This document shows positions 1-9,992 of a DNA stretch of 64,000 bases, piece by piece. Origin of the DNA: Candidatus Doudnabacteria bacterium (GTDB lineage Bacteria; Patescibacteriota; Doudnabacteria; UBA920; VMFF01); the NCBI GenBank assembly GCA_028286905.1, contig JAQBQP010000002.1, positions 56,971-120,970 on the forward strand. The letters are read 5' to 3'. The position numbers and the translations under genes are program-made. The notes beneath the pieces are model-generated. The model saw nothing but the letters and a program-made list of their open reading frames with translations. It made no database searches and was not told where the DNA came from. The first letter of the stretch is position 1, and each line of letters begins with the position of its first letter.

Positions 1-465
<465 letters not shown>

Positions 466-648
466 AGCTAAATTAACTAGTAATTTGTGATTAAATTAGA
501 TTAGGTCTGCCCTTCCCCCATATCAATTATGTGGAAGGACTGACCTGATCCATATCTCTTATAATACGAAACCGGTCTGCCACAGACCAACCAATAACAG
601 AGCACTTTAAGTGCCCTCTGTATTCGCGGGGAAACCTCATCTCGAATA

Positions 649-762
649 CAGGTGGCATTTACGATGTGGTCCGACCTGATCCCTTTCCGAACTCAGCAGT
701 CAAACGCATTTGTGCCGATGATAGCCTGGCTTATGTCAGTGCAAAAGTAGGTAGCTGCCGAC
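649..762 (+). rRNA. rrf: 5S rRNA
   Basis: GATGTGGTCCGACCTGATCCCTTTCCGAACTCAGCAGTCAAACGC...GCCGATGATAGCCTGG...GTAGGTAGCTGCC aligns to the canonical 5S; helix I GGUGGC/GCUGCC; boundaries approximate. Confidence 0.7.
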
Positions 763-802
763 TAAGTTAGCCGAAGCCGAAAGGCGTAGGCAAGCTCAAA
801 AA

Positions 803-837
803 AAGACCCGCCCATATTTGGAACGGGTCTTTTTTGT
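803..837 (+). terminator. Rho-independent terminator after rRNA operon
   Basis: AGACCCG...CGGGTCT stem followed by TTTTTT. Confidence 0.6.
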
Positions 838-845
838 TAACCAGC

Positions 846-872
846 TTCATTTCCGCATTATTATGATATAAT
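846..872 (+). promoter_or_regulatory. Candidate sigma70 promoter (extended -10 TGaTATAAT) for downstream ORF
   Basis: TGATATAAT at 864-872, about 40 nt upstream of the ATG at 912. Confidence 0.3.
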
Positions 873-911
873 AATGCTATATTAAATCAGATTTCTTTAA
901 GAAATAAAAAA

Positions 912-1853
912 ATGAACGACAGACAATCTCCAGACATTGAGCATTTAGGCAGAGAGCTTGAAGAAGCTAAAGCTAAACAAGTTTATGAAGTTAATCATGC
1001 AACTGAAGAATTGGCGGAGATTAAAATAAAAGGGAAAAAAACAGATAGACAGTTAGAAGAAGCAAAGGCTTTAGGGGCAGCGCAGCCATTAGTTGAAAAA
1101 ATTCAAACCGCACAAGCGGACTTAATGGAAGAAGCATCGAAACATTACTCAAAACCGGGAGTTCAAGAAAAGTTGCATACGTCGGCTGAACAGATGATGA
1201 ACGAGGAAAAAGCAGATAAACTTCGAGTAGAGTTAAATAAAGAATTAGCAATGTTATCGCGTAACCTGATGGAAGAAGTAGCAGGATTGAATTTTGCATT
1301 TGAAAAGCTTCGAGAAAACTTTGAAATGCTGGAAGATCAACTAAAACAACAATTACTCCAAGAAAGAATAAGCCAAGATGTGACCGCGGGAATTTTATGG
1401 GAACTTAATATTGATCCAGGAAATGCTTTTCAAGATAATGAAACTGGGTTAAAGGGGTTAGGCGTACGATTAAGAGAGTTTAAAAATGACTTAGGTTTTC
1501 TTTCTGGCGGAAAAAAGAAAAAAGTTGATCAAGCTTTAGCAGAACTGGCTAAATTAGAGGATGATCGCAAGGTCAGAGCCCAGCTGAAAACGCAGAGAGA
1601 TTCTGTAAGAGCAGAAGTCTATGATGGCAAGTGGGAAGGATGGAAGGCTCTTAAAGAGCATATGCAAGAAGCTATTCAAGTTAGTGCCGATCAGCAAGAG
1701 CAAATTGATATAGCCTCAGGACAAAAGGCTGGATACGGTGGGAACGGACAAAAATATATTTTACTTAGACCATTAGAATTTGAAGCCGATAAAAATCAAA
1801 ATCAAAGTAGTGTTTTTTATGCGCAATTAAAAGAAATATTAAGGAACATCTAA
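912..1853 (+). CDS. Hypothetical coiled-coil protein (Glu/Lys/Gln-rich)
   Basis: 313-aa ORF with heptad-like charged repeats; flanked by terminators; no recognisable catalytic motif. Confidence 0.55.
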   Translation: MNDRQSPDIEHLGRELEEAKAKQVYEVNHATEELAEIKIKGKKTDRQLEEAKALGAAQPLVEKIQTAQADLMEEASKHYSKPGVQEKLHTSAEQMMNEEKADKLRVELNKELAMLSRNLMEEVAGLNFAFEKLRENFEMLEDQLKQQLLQERISQDVTAGILWELNIDPGNAFQDNETGLKGLGVRLREFKNDLGFLSGGKKKKVDQALAELAKLEDDRKVRAQLKTQRDSVRAEVYDGKWEGWKALKEHMQEAIQVSADQQEQIDIASGQKAGYGGNGQKYILLRPLEFEADKNQNQSSVFYAQLKEILRNI

Positions 1854-1863
1854 ACTAAGACGA

Positions 1864-1893
1864 AAGGCCCGACTGCGTAAGCGGTCGGGCCTT
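1864..1893. terminator. Bidirectional terminator hairpin (GGCCCGAC...GTCGGGCC)
   Basis: Perfect 8-bp GC-rich stem between convergent ORFs, T-run on + side. Confidence 0.55.
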
Positions 1894-1928
1894 ATTCTTT
1901 AATAGGCAATGGCATTCCTCCTGGGAAG

Positions 1929-2291
1929 TTAGTAGCGAACTTTCTGATTTTCGTAGAACTGTAGCAGCTCTTGGTTTGCCGGAGTCGCAATCTGCTTGAT
2001 GAACTGATTGTAGGTTCGCTCCGCTAGCAGACAGATCGGAACGGCGAAGCATAGCTCAGCCTGCCGCTTGTGCTTCCGAAAAATCCGGAAGGTTGGAAGA
2101 TGATTGTGGTTTTTATCCACAAAAACCATGACCTGCGAATCAGCGAACACTTCCAGCAGTCTGGCCCCTTCTTGTTCGCAGATCGGCTGAGCGTTTTGGC
2201 TCCAAAGCTGACGCACCAACGCCATCCGTTTGATGTAGGGAAGCACCTCTGGTTGGATCCGTTCAAGTTTCGACATTTGCCTTACCGACAA
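1929..2291 (-). CDS. Hypothetical protein in a G+C-rich segment
   Basis: 120-aa ORF; the local sequence is visibly more GC-rich than the flanks; a 75-aa ORF on the opposite strand overlaps, so the coding strand is uncertain. Confidence 0.35.
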   Translation of the reverse strand: MSVRQMSKLERIQPEVLPYIKRMALVRQLWSQNAQPICEQEGARLLEVFADSQVMVFVDKNHNHLPTFRIFRKHKRQAELCFAVPICLLAERTYNQFIKQIATPANQELLQFYENQKVRY

Positions 2292-2422
2292 AGGTGAGTG
2301 CTAAAGAACTATCAAAAACTACCTAGGCTAGAATAGCATAATATACCTTGATAAACCAGGGTTTTTAGCAGCCGCGCGGCATTGATTTATCAAGGCAATA
2401 TTGGTAAAATAAAGCGTAATTT

Positions 2423-2512
2423 GGAAGAGTCGCATAGTGGTCTAGTGCACGCGCTTGGAAAGCGCGCAAGGGGTCAAACCCTTCAGGAGTTCGAATCTCC
2501 TCTCTTCCGCCA
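2423..2512 (+). tRNA. tRNA-Ser (anticodon GGA), long variable arm, encoded CCA
   Basis: Acceptor GGAAGAG/CTCTTCC, anticodon stem CGCGC/GCGCG with loop TTGGAAA, long variable arm CAAGGGGTCAAACCCTTC, T-arm AGGAG-TTCGAAT-CTCCT, G73, CCA. Confidence 0.9.
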
Positions 2513-2532
2513 AAAGTATTCGTAGAGAATTT

Positions 2533-4323
2533 ATGGCAACAGCCAACTCATCTATTTTAGAAATAAAGGACCGGCTGAATATAGTCGATGTCCTTTCTTC
2601 ATATATACAACTTAAAAAAGCAGGCACTAATTATAAAGCGTCATGCCCTTTTCATAATGAAAAAAGTGCCTCGCTGATGGTCTCTACTTCCAAACAAATT
2701 TGGCATTGCTTTGGTTGCGGTGAAGGCGGTGACATTTTTGGCTTTGTGATGAAATATGAGAATATTGATTTTCCGGAGGCGCTTAAAATACTTGCTGATC
2801 GCGCCGGAGTAACACTACCGAAGTATTCTGGAGAAAATTCTCAACAAGATAAATATAAAGAGACGCTTTTCAAAATTAACGAGCTTGCTGCAAAATATTT
2901 TAATGAAGTTTTATTACGCAGTTCTGTAGCAGAAGCGGCGCGTAAATATTTATCAAATAGAGGGCTAAGCGCAACGACTATAAAAGATTGGTTAATCGGC
3001 TTCGCGCCAAATGAATATCATTTGTTGGAAAGTTTTTTGGCGAAGAAGAATTTTAAGCAACAAGAATTACTAGATGCCGGCGTTGCGGCGAAGGGTCAAC
3101 GCGGTGACTACTATGACCGTTTTTTTAACAGAATTACTTTTCCAATTAAAAACTATTCCGGCGAGGTGGTCGGCTTTACCGCTCGAATCTTAGATAATGA
3201 TGCCAAAGCTGCTAAATATATTAATAGTCCAGAAACGCAGGTTTACAATAAAAGCAAAGTGGTTTTCGGTTTATATCAAGCAAAGCAAGCGATCCGCAAA
3301 GAAGATTGCGCGGTGGTTGTAGAAGGGAATATGGATGTGATCAGCTGTCACCAAGCGGGGTTTAAAAACGTGGTTGGCTCTTCTGGCACCGCTTTTACGT
3401 ATGATCAGCTGCAAACCCTATCCCGCCTAACTAAAAATTTAAAATTTGCTTTTGATACAGACGCTGCGGGGATTACTGCTACCAAACGGGCACTAGAGCT
3501 AGCTTTGCAGCTAGGCTTTAGCGTCTACATTGTAAAGATTGAAGGAGCAAAGGACCCAGATGAGCTAATTAGAAAAGATCCAAAATTATTTGCTAAGGCT
3601 GTTGTTGAAGCGCCGCTCTACTTAGATTATTTTTTTGAAAAAAGTTTTGAAAAATATGATCCAACTTCAGTTCAGCAAAAAAAAGCAATTGTTGCTACGT
3701 TAATTCCGTTGTTAAAGCAATTGAACGATCCACTTGAAGTTGCGCATTACACTCACATATTATCCCAACGATTGAGTGTTTCGGAAAAAACCGTATACGA
3801 GCTTTTAGCAAAAGATAAGCCAAACACAAAAACATTTTCTGATAAGGCTGACGAAGAACTCAAGAAAGAACCCCTGTTAAGACCAAGAAGCTATTTTATT
3901 GAACAAAAGCTTTTGGGCTATGCTTTGAACAATAATAACCATCGTTTTGCACTAATAGAAAAAAGCGATTTTGATTATTTGCGGGACCCGAAAATAAAAG
4001 GGATCTTTGGGCGTTTGTGGACAGATGCCAATAAGATTAATGGCAATGTCTTCATTGAGAACCTGGCCGAACCTGAAGATCAAGAGCTTGCCAAGATGGC
4101 ATTATTTATGGTAGAATCAGAATACGCTCAGCTGGACAATCCTTCCGTCTTTGACCAGGAATTCCAGCAATTATTACGGGAATTCGTTTCCCAAAACATA
4201 AAAATCGAAATGGAATCAGTACGAGCCGAAATGGTTCTTGCTGAACAGAAAAAAGATAAGAAAAAGTTAATAGAATTGAACCAAAAGTTTTTGGAATTGT
4301 CTCAGAAGCTAAGCAAATTATAA
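2533..4323 (+). CDS. dnaG: DNA primase DnaG
   Basis: CHC2 zinc finger (CPFHNEKSASL...HCFGCG), Toprim region (VVEGNMDV), DnaG C-terminal helicase-interaction region; the ORF-track start 2455 overlaps the tRNA, so the start is set at Met27 (ATG 2533). Confidence 0.9.
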   Translation: MATANSSILEIKDRLNIVDVLSSYIQLKKAGTNYKASCPFHNEKSASLMVSTSKQIWHCFGCGEGGDIFGFVMKYENIDFPEALKILADRAGVTLPKYSGENSQQDKYKETLFKINELAAKYFNEVLLRSSVAEAARKYLSNRGLSATTIKDWLIGFAPNEYHLLESFLAKKNFKQQELLDAGVAAKGQRGDYYDRFFNRITFPIKNYSGEVVGFTARILDNDAKAAKYINSPETQVYNKSKVVFGLYQAKQAIRKEDCAVVVEGNMDVISCHQAGFKNVVGSSGTAFTYDQLQTLSRLTKNLKFAFDTDAAGITATKRALELALQLGFSVYIVKIEGAKDPDELIRKDPKLFAKAVVEAPLYLDYFFEKSFEKYDPTSVQQKKAIVATLIPLLKQLNDPLEVAHYTHILSQRLSVSEKTVYELLAKDKPNTKTFSDKADEELKKEPLLRPRSYFIEQKLLGYALNNNNHRFALIEKSDFDYLRDPKIKGIFGRLWTDANKINGNVFIENLAEPEDQELAKMALFMVESEYAQLDNPSVFDQEFQQLLREFVSQNIKIEMESVRAEMVLAEQKKDKKKLIELNQKFLELSQKLSKL

Positions 4324-4335
4324 TCTATTTTTATT

Positions 4336-5622
4336 ATGAAGAAAAAAGCTAAGAAGGTGATGAAGCCTTTAAAAAAGCCTATCAAGAAAATTAAGAAAAT
4401 AAAAAAGGCTCCGGTTTCTAAAAAGAAAATCGCGCCAAAAAAAGCTGCTTCAACAAAAGTAAAAAAGAGTTTGATGAAAAAAGTCACTGAAGAGACTTCT
4501 TTTGAGCATGTCGCCGAAGTAAAAAAAGCCGTTGATTACTTGTTGTCTAAGGGGTCGGACCGCGGTTTTGTAACGGAAGCTGAAATTTTGCATGCTTTGC
4601 CGAACTTTGAATCTGATGTTAGCTCTTTGGAATCAGTTATGGATGAATTGGATAAGCGCGGAATTGAGATAGTTGACCCAGAAGTTGCTAGTATTTGGCA
4701 GCCTCAAGATGTACATACTGATGAAGCTCCAAAAACTACCAAGGGCCGCAAAAAGAAAGATGTGCCAGATAGCACTTACGATCTTGGTGATATTTATGAT
4801 GACTCAATTCAAATGTATTTGCGTGAAATTGGAAAAGTATCTTTGCTTTCTGGTGCAGAAGAAATTGAATTGGCAAAACGAATCGGAAAGGGCGACGTTG
4901 CAGCGCGCAAACGCTTAACTGAAGCAAACTTACGTTTAGTGGTTTCTATCGCAAAAAAATATATGGGTCGTAACTTGGGTTTGTTGGATTTAATCCAAGA
5001 AGGTAACTTGGGTTTGTTCCGCGCAGTTGATAAATTCGACTGGAGAAAAGGTTATAAATTTTCTACATACGCAACCTGGTGGATTCGTCAGGCGATCACT
5101 CGTGCTTTAGCTGACCAATCTAGAACGATTCGTATCCCGGTACACATGGTTGAAACTTTAAATAAATATGCTCAGGCTGAACGCCAGTTAGTTCAAGATT
5201 TAGGACGCGAACCATTGCCAGAAGAAATTGCCGCTGAAATGGGGATCGAAGTAGAAAAAGTCTATCATCTTAAGAAAATTTCCCAAGAAACAGTTTCGAT
5301 TGATTCGCCGGTAGGTGATGATAGCGATGAAGTTGAGTCTTCTCTTGGAGATTTCATTGTTGATGAAGATACTACAATGCCGCAAGAGGTTGCTGGTCGT
5401 CAGCTATTGAGAGAATACGTTCAGGAAATTTTACACGATTTAGACCCCCGCGAACAGAAAATTTTGAAAATGCGTTTCGGCTTAGAAGACGGCGTTACGC
5501 ATACTTTAGAAGAAGTAGGTGAAGAGTTTGGCGTAACTCGTGAACGTATCCGCCAAATTGAAGCTAAGGCCTTAGAAAGAATGAAAGAACATAGAAATAT
5601 TTCTAAGTTAAGAGACTACTAA
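4336..5622 (+). CDS. rpoD: RNA polymerase sigma factor RpoD (sigma-70) with Lys-rich N-terminal extension
   Basis: Region 1.2 ([16 protein letters not shown]), region 2 ([13 protein letters not shown]), region 4 ([23 protein letters not shown]). Confidence 0.92.
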   Translation: MKKKAKKVMKPLKKPIKKIKKIKKAPVSKKKIAPKKAASTKVKKSLMKKVTEETSFEHVAEVKKAVDYLLSKGSDRGFVTEAEILHALPNFESDVSSLESVMDELDKRGIEIVDPEVASIWQPQDVHTDEAPKTTKGRKKKDVPDSTYDLGDIYDDSIQMYLREIGKVSLLSGAEEIELAKRIGKGDVAARKRLTEANLRLVVSIAKKYMGRNLGLLDLIQEGNLGLFRAVDKFDWRKGYKFSTYATWWIRQAITRALADQSRTIRIPVHMVETLNKYAQAERQLVQDLGREPLPEEIAAEMGIEVEKVYHLKKISQETVSIDSPVGDDSDEVESSLGDFIVDEDTTMPQEVAGRQLLREYVQEILHDLDPREQKILKMRFGLEDGVTHTLEEVGEEFGVTRERIRQIEAKALERMKEHRNISKLRDY

Positions 5623-5662
5623 ATAGCACAATAAAAAGCCAGTTGCTCCATTCGTTTCTGGC

Positions 5663-5697
5663 AAAAAAAGAATTAGCATATTGCTAATTCTTTTTTT
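5663..5697. terminator. Bidirectional rho-independent terminator between convergent rpoD and oxidoreductase genes
   Basis: A-run, GAATTAGCA-TAT-TGCTAATTC hairpin, T-run. Confidence 0.6.
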
Positions 5698-5735
5698 GTT
5701 AAGAAACTCAATTCGCACCTGAACTTTTTATTGTG

Positions 5736-7379
5736 CTATTTATTAACTAGTTTACTTAGAGAATATTCTAGATCTACGCCTACTTTTTTGTGAGGGTTGA
5801 AGATATTTTTTGGATCAAAAATGTTTTTAATTTCTTCAAATAGTTTGTAAACTTTTTCGCCGTACATTTGTTTTAGGTAAGGGCTGCGAACTAAGCCGTC
5901 ATTGTGTTCCGCGGTTATCGAACCTTTATAGCTAAGTACCAGAGCATAGACTTCTTCCGCAATTTTTGGGATCAAAGTATGCGACAGGGGTTTGGTCATG
6001 TCCATTAGCGGAATGATATGAAAGTTACCGTTGCCAACGTGTCCGGCAATTGTATAAGGCAAGTCGTATTGTTGTAAAATTTTATTTAGTTTTGGTAAGA
6101 ATTCTGGTAAGTATTCTGGTTTAACAATGATATCATCGATAAAAGGAGCAGTACGCTTATCTTTAATATGATGTCTTAACAAGTTAAAACTTTCTCTTCG
6201 AATTACCCAATATTTATTGGCTTCTTCAGCAGTAGGAATCGCTCGAGATTTAACTTTAAATTGGTCGACATCAGTCTTAACCAGTTTCATTGTAGCGTCG
6301 ATTTCCTCATTAGTGTCCCCGGTAAACTCTGCCATCAATACCAATTTAGGAAAGCCACCCGTCAGGGTCATCCAGAACTCAGGTAAGAATTGGAAACCAA
6401 GTTTGATAATATTTTTTGGTTTTAGAATTTTAATCAAATCTGGAAGAAACCGAATTGCTAGTTTCAAAGTGTAGTCATCATAGGATTCAAACGTTTCCGG
6501 TTTATGTTTCAAAACAACGTTCACAATTTGAGAAAGATTTGTTAGGTCTTTTAAGAAAATTATAAAAAGTTTGGAGTTTTTAACTGGAGCAACTAGTCGA
6601 AATTTTATTTTGGTAACAATGCCTAAGGTGCCCTGAGAGCCGACAATTAGCTTGGTCAAATCGAAAGTCTTTTTTTGCTTGTCCCAAACGTTCCAAATAT
6701 AATAGCCAGCAGAATTCTTAGAAACATCGGGCTTGGCAGCAGTGATCATTTCTTCATTCTCTTCAATCATTTTATGAATCTTTCGGTATACGTCACCTTC
6801 AAAGGTTTTTGCTTTGAGCTTTTCTTTTAATTCATGTTCGTCTAATGATTTAAAAATATATTCATTTCCATCTTGAAGAACGACGTTAAGCTCTAAAACG
6901 TAATCTTCGATTTTTCCATGCGTTAATGTTTTTTCCCCGGCGCCGTTGTTCCCAACTTGTCCGCCTAAAGCACATAGTTCTCGGGAGGCAGGGAAGGGCG
7001 GTAATATTAAATTATGTTTTAAAGTTTCTTTTTCAAAATCTCTATAGTAAACTCCTGGCTCTGCAATCGCAAAACCATCGCCAATTTCTTGGATGTGGTT
7101 AAAATGTTTTAGGAAATCCAAAATGATTGAGTCGTTTAAAGAACCTCCGGCCATACATGATCCCGCTGCGCGCGGGGTTAGCGATATAGTTGGAATTAAT
7201 TCTTTATTTTCTCGAGCAAAATTTACAAGTTTTTTTAGATCTTCACTGTTTTTTGGGGCAACGATTGTGTCGGGTTTTATTTCAAATAAGCTAGCATCAT
7301 GGCTGAAATCTTCTAAGGTTTTTTGATCGTCAAGTAGTTCACCTTCGAGCTTTAGCTTGGATAGTTGTTCTTTTAGCAT
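5736..7379 (-). CDS. FAD-binding oxidoreductase (FAD-linked oxidase, GlcD/D-lactate dehydrogenase-like)
   Basis: N-terminal FAD-binding PCMH-type region and C-terminal FAD-oxidase domain, judged by overall similarity. Confidence 0.7.
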   Translation of the reverse strand: MLKEQLSKLKLEGELLDDQKTLEDFSHDASLFEIKPDTIVAPKNSEDLKKLVNFARENKELIPTISLTPRAAGSCMAGGSLNDSIILDFLKHFNHIQEIGDGFAIAEPGVYYRDFEKETLKHNLILPPFPASRELCALGGQVGNNGAGEKTLTHGKIEDYVLELNVVLQDGNEYIFKSLDEHELKEKLKAKTFEGDVYRKIHKMIEENEEMITAAKPDVSKNSAGYYIWNVWDKQKKTFDLTKLIVGSQGTLGIVTKIKFRLVAPVKNSKLFIIFLKDLTNLSQIVNVVLKHKPETFESYDDYTLKLAIRFLPDLIKILKPKNIIKLGFQFLPEFWMTLTGGFPKLVLMAEFTGDTNEEIDATMKLVKTDVDQFKVKSRAIPTAEEANKYWVIRRESFNLLRHHIKDKRTAPFIDDIIVKPEYLPEFLPKLNKILQQYDLPYTIAGHVGNGNFHIIPLMDMTKPLSHTLIPKIAEEVYALVLSYKGSITAEHNDGLVRSPYLKQMYGEKVYKLFEEIKNIFDPKNIFNPHKKVGVDLEYSLSKLVNK

Positions 7380-7411
7380 GCCCTTAGTTTATCATGAATA
7401 GCTAGGCCATG

Positions 7412-7437
7412 AAAAATCCCGGCTTTTAGCCGGGATT
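7412..7437 (-). terminator. Terminator hairpin (AATCCCGGC...GCCGGGATT) after minus-strand gene 7460..7852
   Basis: 9-bp stem followed on the minus strand by TTTTTC. Confidence 0.5.
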
Positions 7438-7459
7438 AATCGTTTCGTTATAGCTACAG

Positions 7460-7852
7460 TTATGCTGCAATACTAAGCGAACTAGTTTGAACGCGGGACG
7501 GTCTGTTTGCAAGTCTTTTAGATATAAACATATATGACCAAATCAGAGTAGGATAGACCAATGCTGCAGCCAAAGTCTCTAATTCACCTAGCGAGAGGGC
7601 GTAAGAAGGATCTTTACCAAAAATAACAAAGAAAGGAGCTGTGAAAACAAACGCCACTACATCAATAAGTTTTGTGATTAAGCTTATTGATCGGAAGTTT
7701 GCCAGATCTAGAAAGAAGTGAATTGCTAGGAATAATTCTAATCCTCCTAAAGTATATTCCAAATTTTCAGATAGCAATCCGCGCTCTTTTAACATCTGTA
7801 CAAATCCGCGTGATTTATTTTTCGTTTTTTGAATAATATCGCCCAGTTCCAT
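7460..7852 (-). CDS. Hypothetical membrane protein
   Basis: 130-aa ORF with 2-3 hydrophobic segments. Confidence 0.45.
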   Translation of the reverse strand: MELGDIIQKTKNKSRGFVQMLKERGLLSENLEYTLGGLELFLAIHFFLDLANFRSISLITKLIDVVAFVFTAPFFVIFGKDPSYALSLGELETLAAALVYPTLIWSYMFISKRLANRPSRVQTSSLSIAA

Positions 7853-7885
7853 TTCTTTGCCTTTCGGTTAACCGTTCAGAATTAA

Positions 7886-8143
7886 TTAAACCCGCGCCCC
7901 GTTGCCTCTCGCTGCTTTAACAATCCATAGCAATACTACAGCGCCAAGAACTGCTACTAGAATGCTATATACGTTGAAGCCGTTGACTCCGCCGTAACCC
8001 AATAGGTTCATAATAAAACCACCAATTACTGCGCCGACGATACCAATGACAATGTCACCTAGAATGCCGTAGCCAGACTTCATTATCATTGAAGCTAACC
8101 AACCAGCAATTGCCCCTAACACTATCCATAAAATGATTCCCAT
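7886..8143 (-). CDS. GlsB/YeaQ/YmgE family transglycosylase-associated membrane protein
   Basis: MGIILWIVLGAIAGWLA...GILGDIVIGIVGAVIGGF is typical of the family. Confidence 0.75.
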   Translation of the reverse strand: MGIILWIVLGAIAGWLASMIMKSGYGILGDIVIGIVGAVIGGFIMNLLGYGGVNGFNVYSILVAVLGAVVLLWIVKAARGNGARV

Positions 8144-8280
8144 ATGTTTTTCTTATTTATTTAATACTATTGATATAACTAGATTAACTAATAAAAAAAA
8201 GACCAACAATTCTCATTTTGTACACATTTGCACAATATGAGTAGGTCTTTACTAGTTAAAGTGACAGTACTTGTGAATGG

Positions 8281-9159
8281 TTACAGTTTTAGTGCGATTA
8301 ATATAGCTCCTAGTATCATAATTAAGCAGGCGAAGCCTCTGCGAATGAGGTTTTTCTCGTGAAAGAGCTTTCCGCCAACCAATGTAGTGAATATAGAAGA
8401 GGTCCTTTTTATGGATAATGCCAGTCCTACATAAACCAATTGTACCGCTGTGGCTTGAAAAAACCGATAAGAAACAGTTAAAGCAGCGATTATTAATAGA
8501 GGGTATCCGGCGGTTTTAAAGCCATGCTTTATCCCATTAATTCCGTCGTGGTAAAAAGTCAGCATAATTAAATATACGAGCGCTTGAAAAAAGTTTACAA
8601 ATGCAAGGTAGGCATAAACACTGACTGATTCTCTGGAAAGAATTACACGGTCTAACAATGAGCTAATCGATAATATAAACAAGCCCAAAAACAATATATG
8701 AATAAATTTCGAATCTATAAATTCTCTAATAGGTCCAATTATTTTACTGCCAGGCTTTAACTCTAAAATATACCCACCCGCTACTAGAATGACAATGCCA
8801 ATCGCCTGAACTGTTGTAATGTGCTCATTTAATATAAAGAAAGCCAAGATAGTCGTAATAACGGGACCTAAAACTAATAGTGGGCTAGCAGCACTTATTT
8901 CCATATGCCGAGCGCTGCGGTTAATGAAAAAGCTTCCAATCGCTCCAACCGTAGCGGTGGCAAGCATCAAAAGTACTTTTTTAACATCTAAAGCCGAGTA
9001 GTTTATTAAGAAAAAGAATGGTAACGACAGACCAGCAATTATTACCGAAAGAACCGCAGAGAATTCCATTGCGTGTTCGTAGAACAGGGTTTTCTTTTCC
9101 ATGATCGCTGATATTGCCGCAAACAAAGCACAAAGAAGTGCAAACCCTAACCAACTCAT
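8281..9159 (-). CDS. EamA/DMT-family transporter
   Basis: 292 aa, ~10 TM segments in two repeated halves. Confidence 0.65.
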   Translation of the reverse strand: MSWLGFALLCALFAAISAIMEKKTLFYEHAMEFSAVLSVIIAGLSLPFFFLINYSALDVKKVLLMLATATVGAIGSFFINRSARHMEISAASPLLVLGPVITTILAFFILNEHITTVQAIGIVILVAGGYILELKPGSKIIGPIREFIDSKFIHILFLGLFILSISSLLDRVILSRESVSVYAYLAFVNFFQALVYLIMLTFYHDGINGIKHGFKTAGYPLLIIAALTVSYRFFQATAVQLVYVGLALSIKRTSSIFTTLVGGKLFHEKNLIRRGFACLIMILGAILIALKL

Positions 9160-9221
9160 GTATTTATTATTTAGGAATAAGCTAATTTACAATATTAGTT
9201 TAACATACCATAATAGATCAT

Positions 9222-9980
9222 ATGAAACGCACTATTCGAGTAGCAACATTTAATGTCTTTTACGGCGACAATCCGCACAAGATTGGACAAGCAATAAGGG
9301 CTAATAAAAATTTAGCGGACGCAGATATTATTTTGCTACAAGAAGTTGAGGCGCATTCGGATGAGATCAAGGAGCGTGCCACCATTATTGCAGAAGAATT
9401 GGGTTTGAGTTGTATTTATGCTCCAGCTAGGGCGTCAGGAAAAGAAACGAAGTTAAACGGAACGCATGGTTTAGCTATTTTGAGCAGGTTTACAGTAAAA
9501 GAATCCCAGATAATTCCGCTTAAAAAATATAATTTGCATTTCAACTCCAGAGATCGAATTGCGTTAAGCGCAATTTTACAAATTGATGGCGAGCTAGTGC
9601 AAGTTTGCAATGTTCATTTGGATTTAAGAATAAATATAAAAGATCGACTTGATCAAATCACTGATTTAATAGAAAAACTTAGCAGCCATCAGATTAAGAA
9701 AATAATAATTGGTGGAGATTTTAATACAGTACCAATCTTTTGGGCGGCAAGAGTGTTGCCAATTTTTTACTCAGCTCAAAAAAATAAATTTGATAAATAT
9801 ATTTTATCCAAAGGTTATAAGGGCACGGTCGGTAAGGTTGGGCCAACGATGCACTTAAAATTACTCAGATTTAGCTTGGACGACATATATGTAAAAGACT
9901 TAGATTTTGTTAAACATGCAGTAGAAAGGGACTTAACTGTCTCGGACCATAAGCCGGTTTGGGCAGATATCCAGCTATGA
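9222..9980 (+). CDS. Endonuclease/exonuclease/phosphatase (EEP) family protein
   Basis: N-terminal VATFNV, C-terminal SDHKPVWADIQL motif. Confidence 0.7.
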   Translation: MKRTIRVATFNVFYGDNPHKIGQAIRANKNLADADIILLQEVEAHSDEIKERATIIAEELGLSCIYAPARASGKETKLNGTHGLAILSRFTVKESQIIPLKKYNLHFNSRDRIALSAILQIDGELVQVCNVHLDLRINIKDRLDQITDLIEKLSSHQIKKIIIGGDFNTVPIFWAARVLPIFYSAQKNKFDKYILSKGYKGTVGKVGPTMHLKLLRFSLDDIYVKDLDFVKHAVERDLTVSDHKPVWADIQL

Positions 9981-9992
9981 TATACTGAATTT

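Noticed and set aside
1021-1299. 92-aa minus-strand ORF inside the coiled-coil gene
   Set aside because: Antisense to a well-supported longer ORF; leucine-rich mirror of GAA/AAG-rich coding sequence.
2455-2532. N-terminal 26-aa extension of the dnaG ORF in the six-frame track
   Set aside because: It overlaps the tRNA-Ser gene (2423..2512); the true start is taken as ATG 2533 (MATANSS...).
4302-4487. 61-aa minus-strand ORF (Phe/Ile/Leu-rich)
   Set aside because: Mirror of the Lys-rich (AAA/AAG) N-terminal region of rpoD on the opposite strand; a low-complexity artefact.
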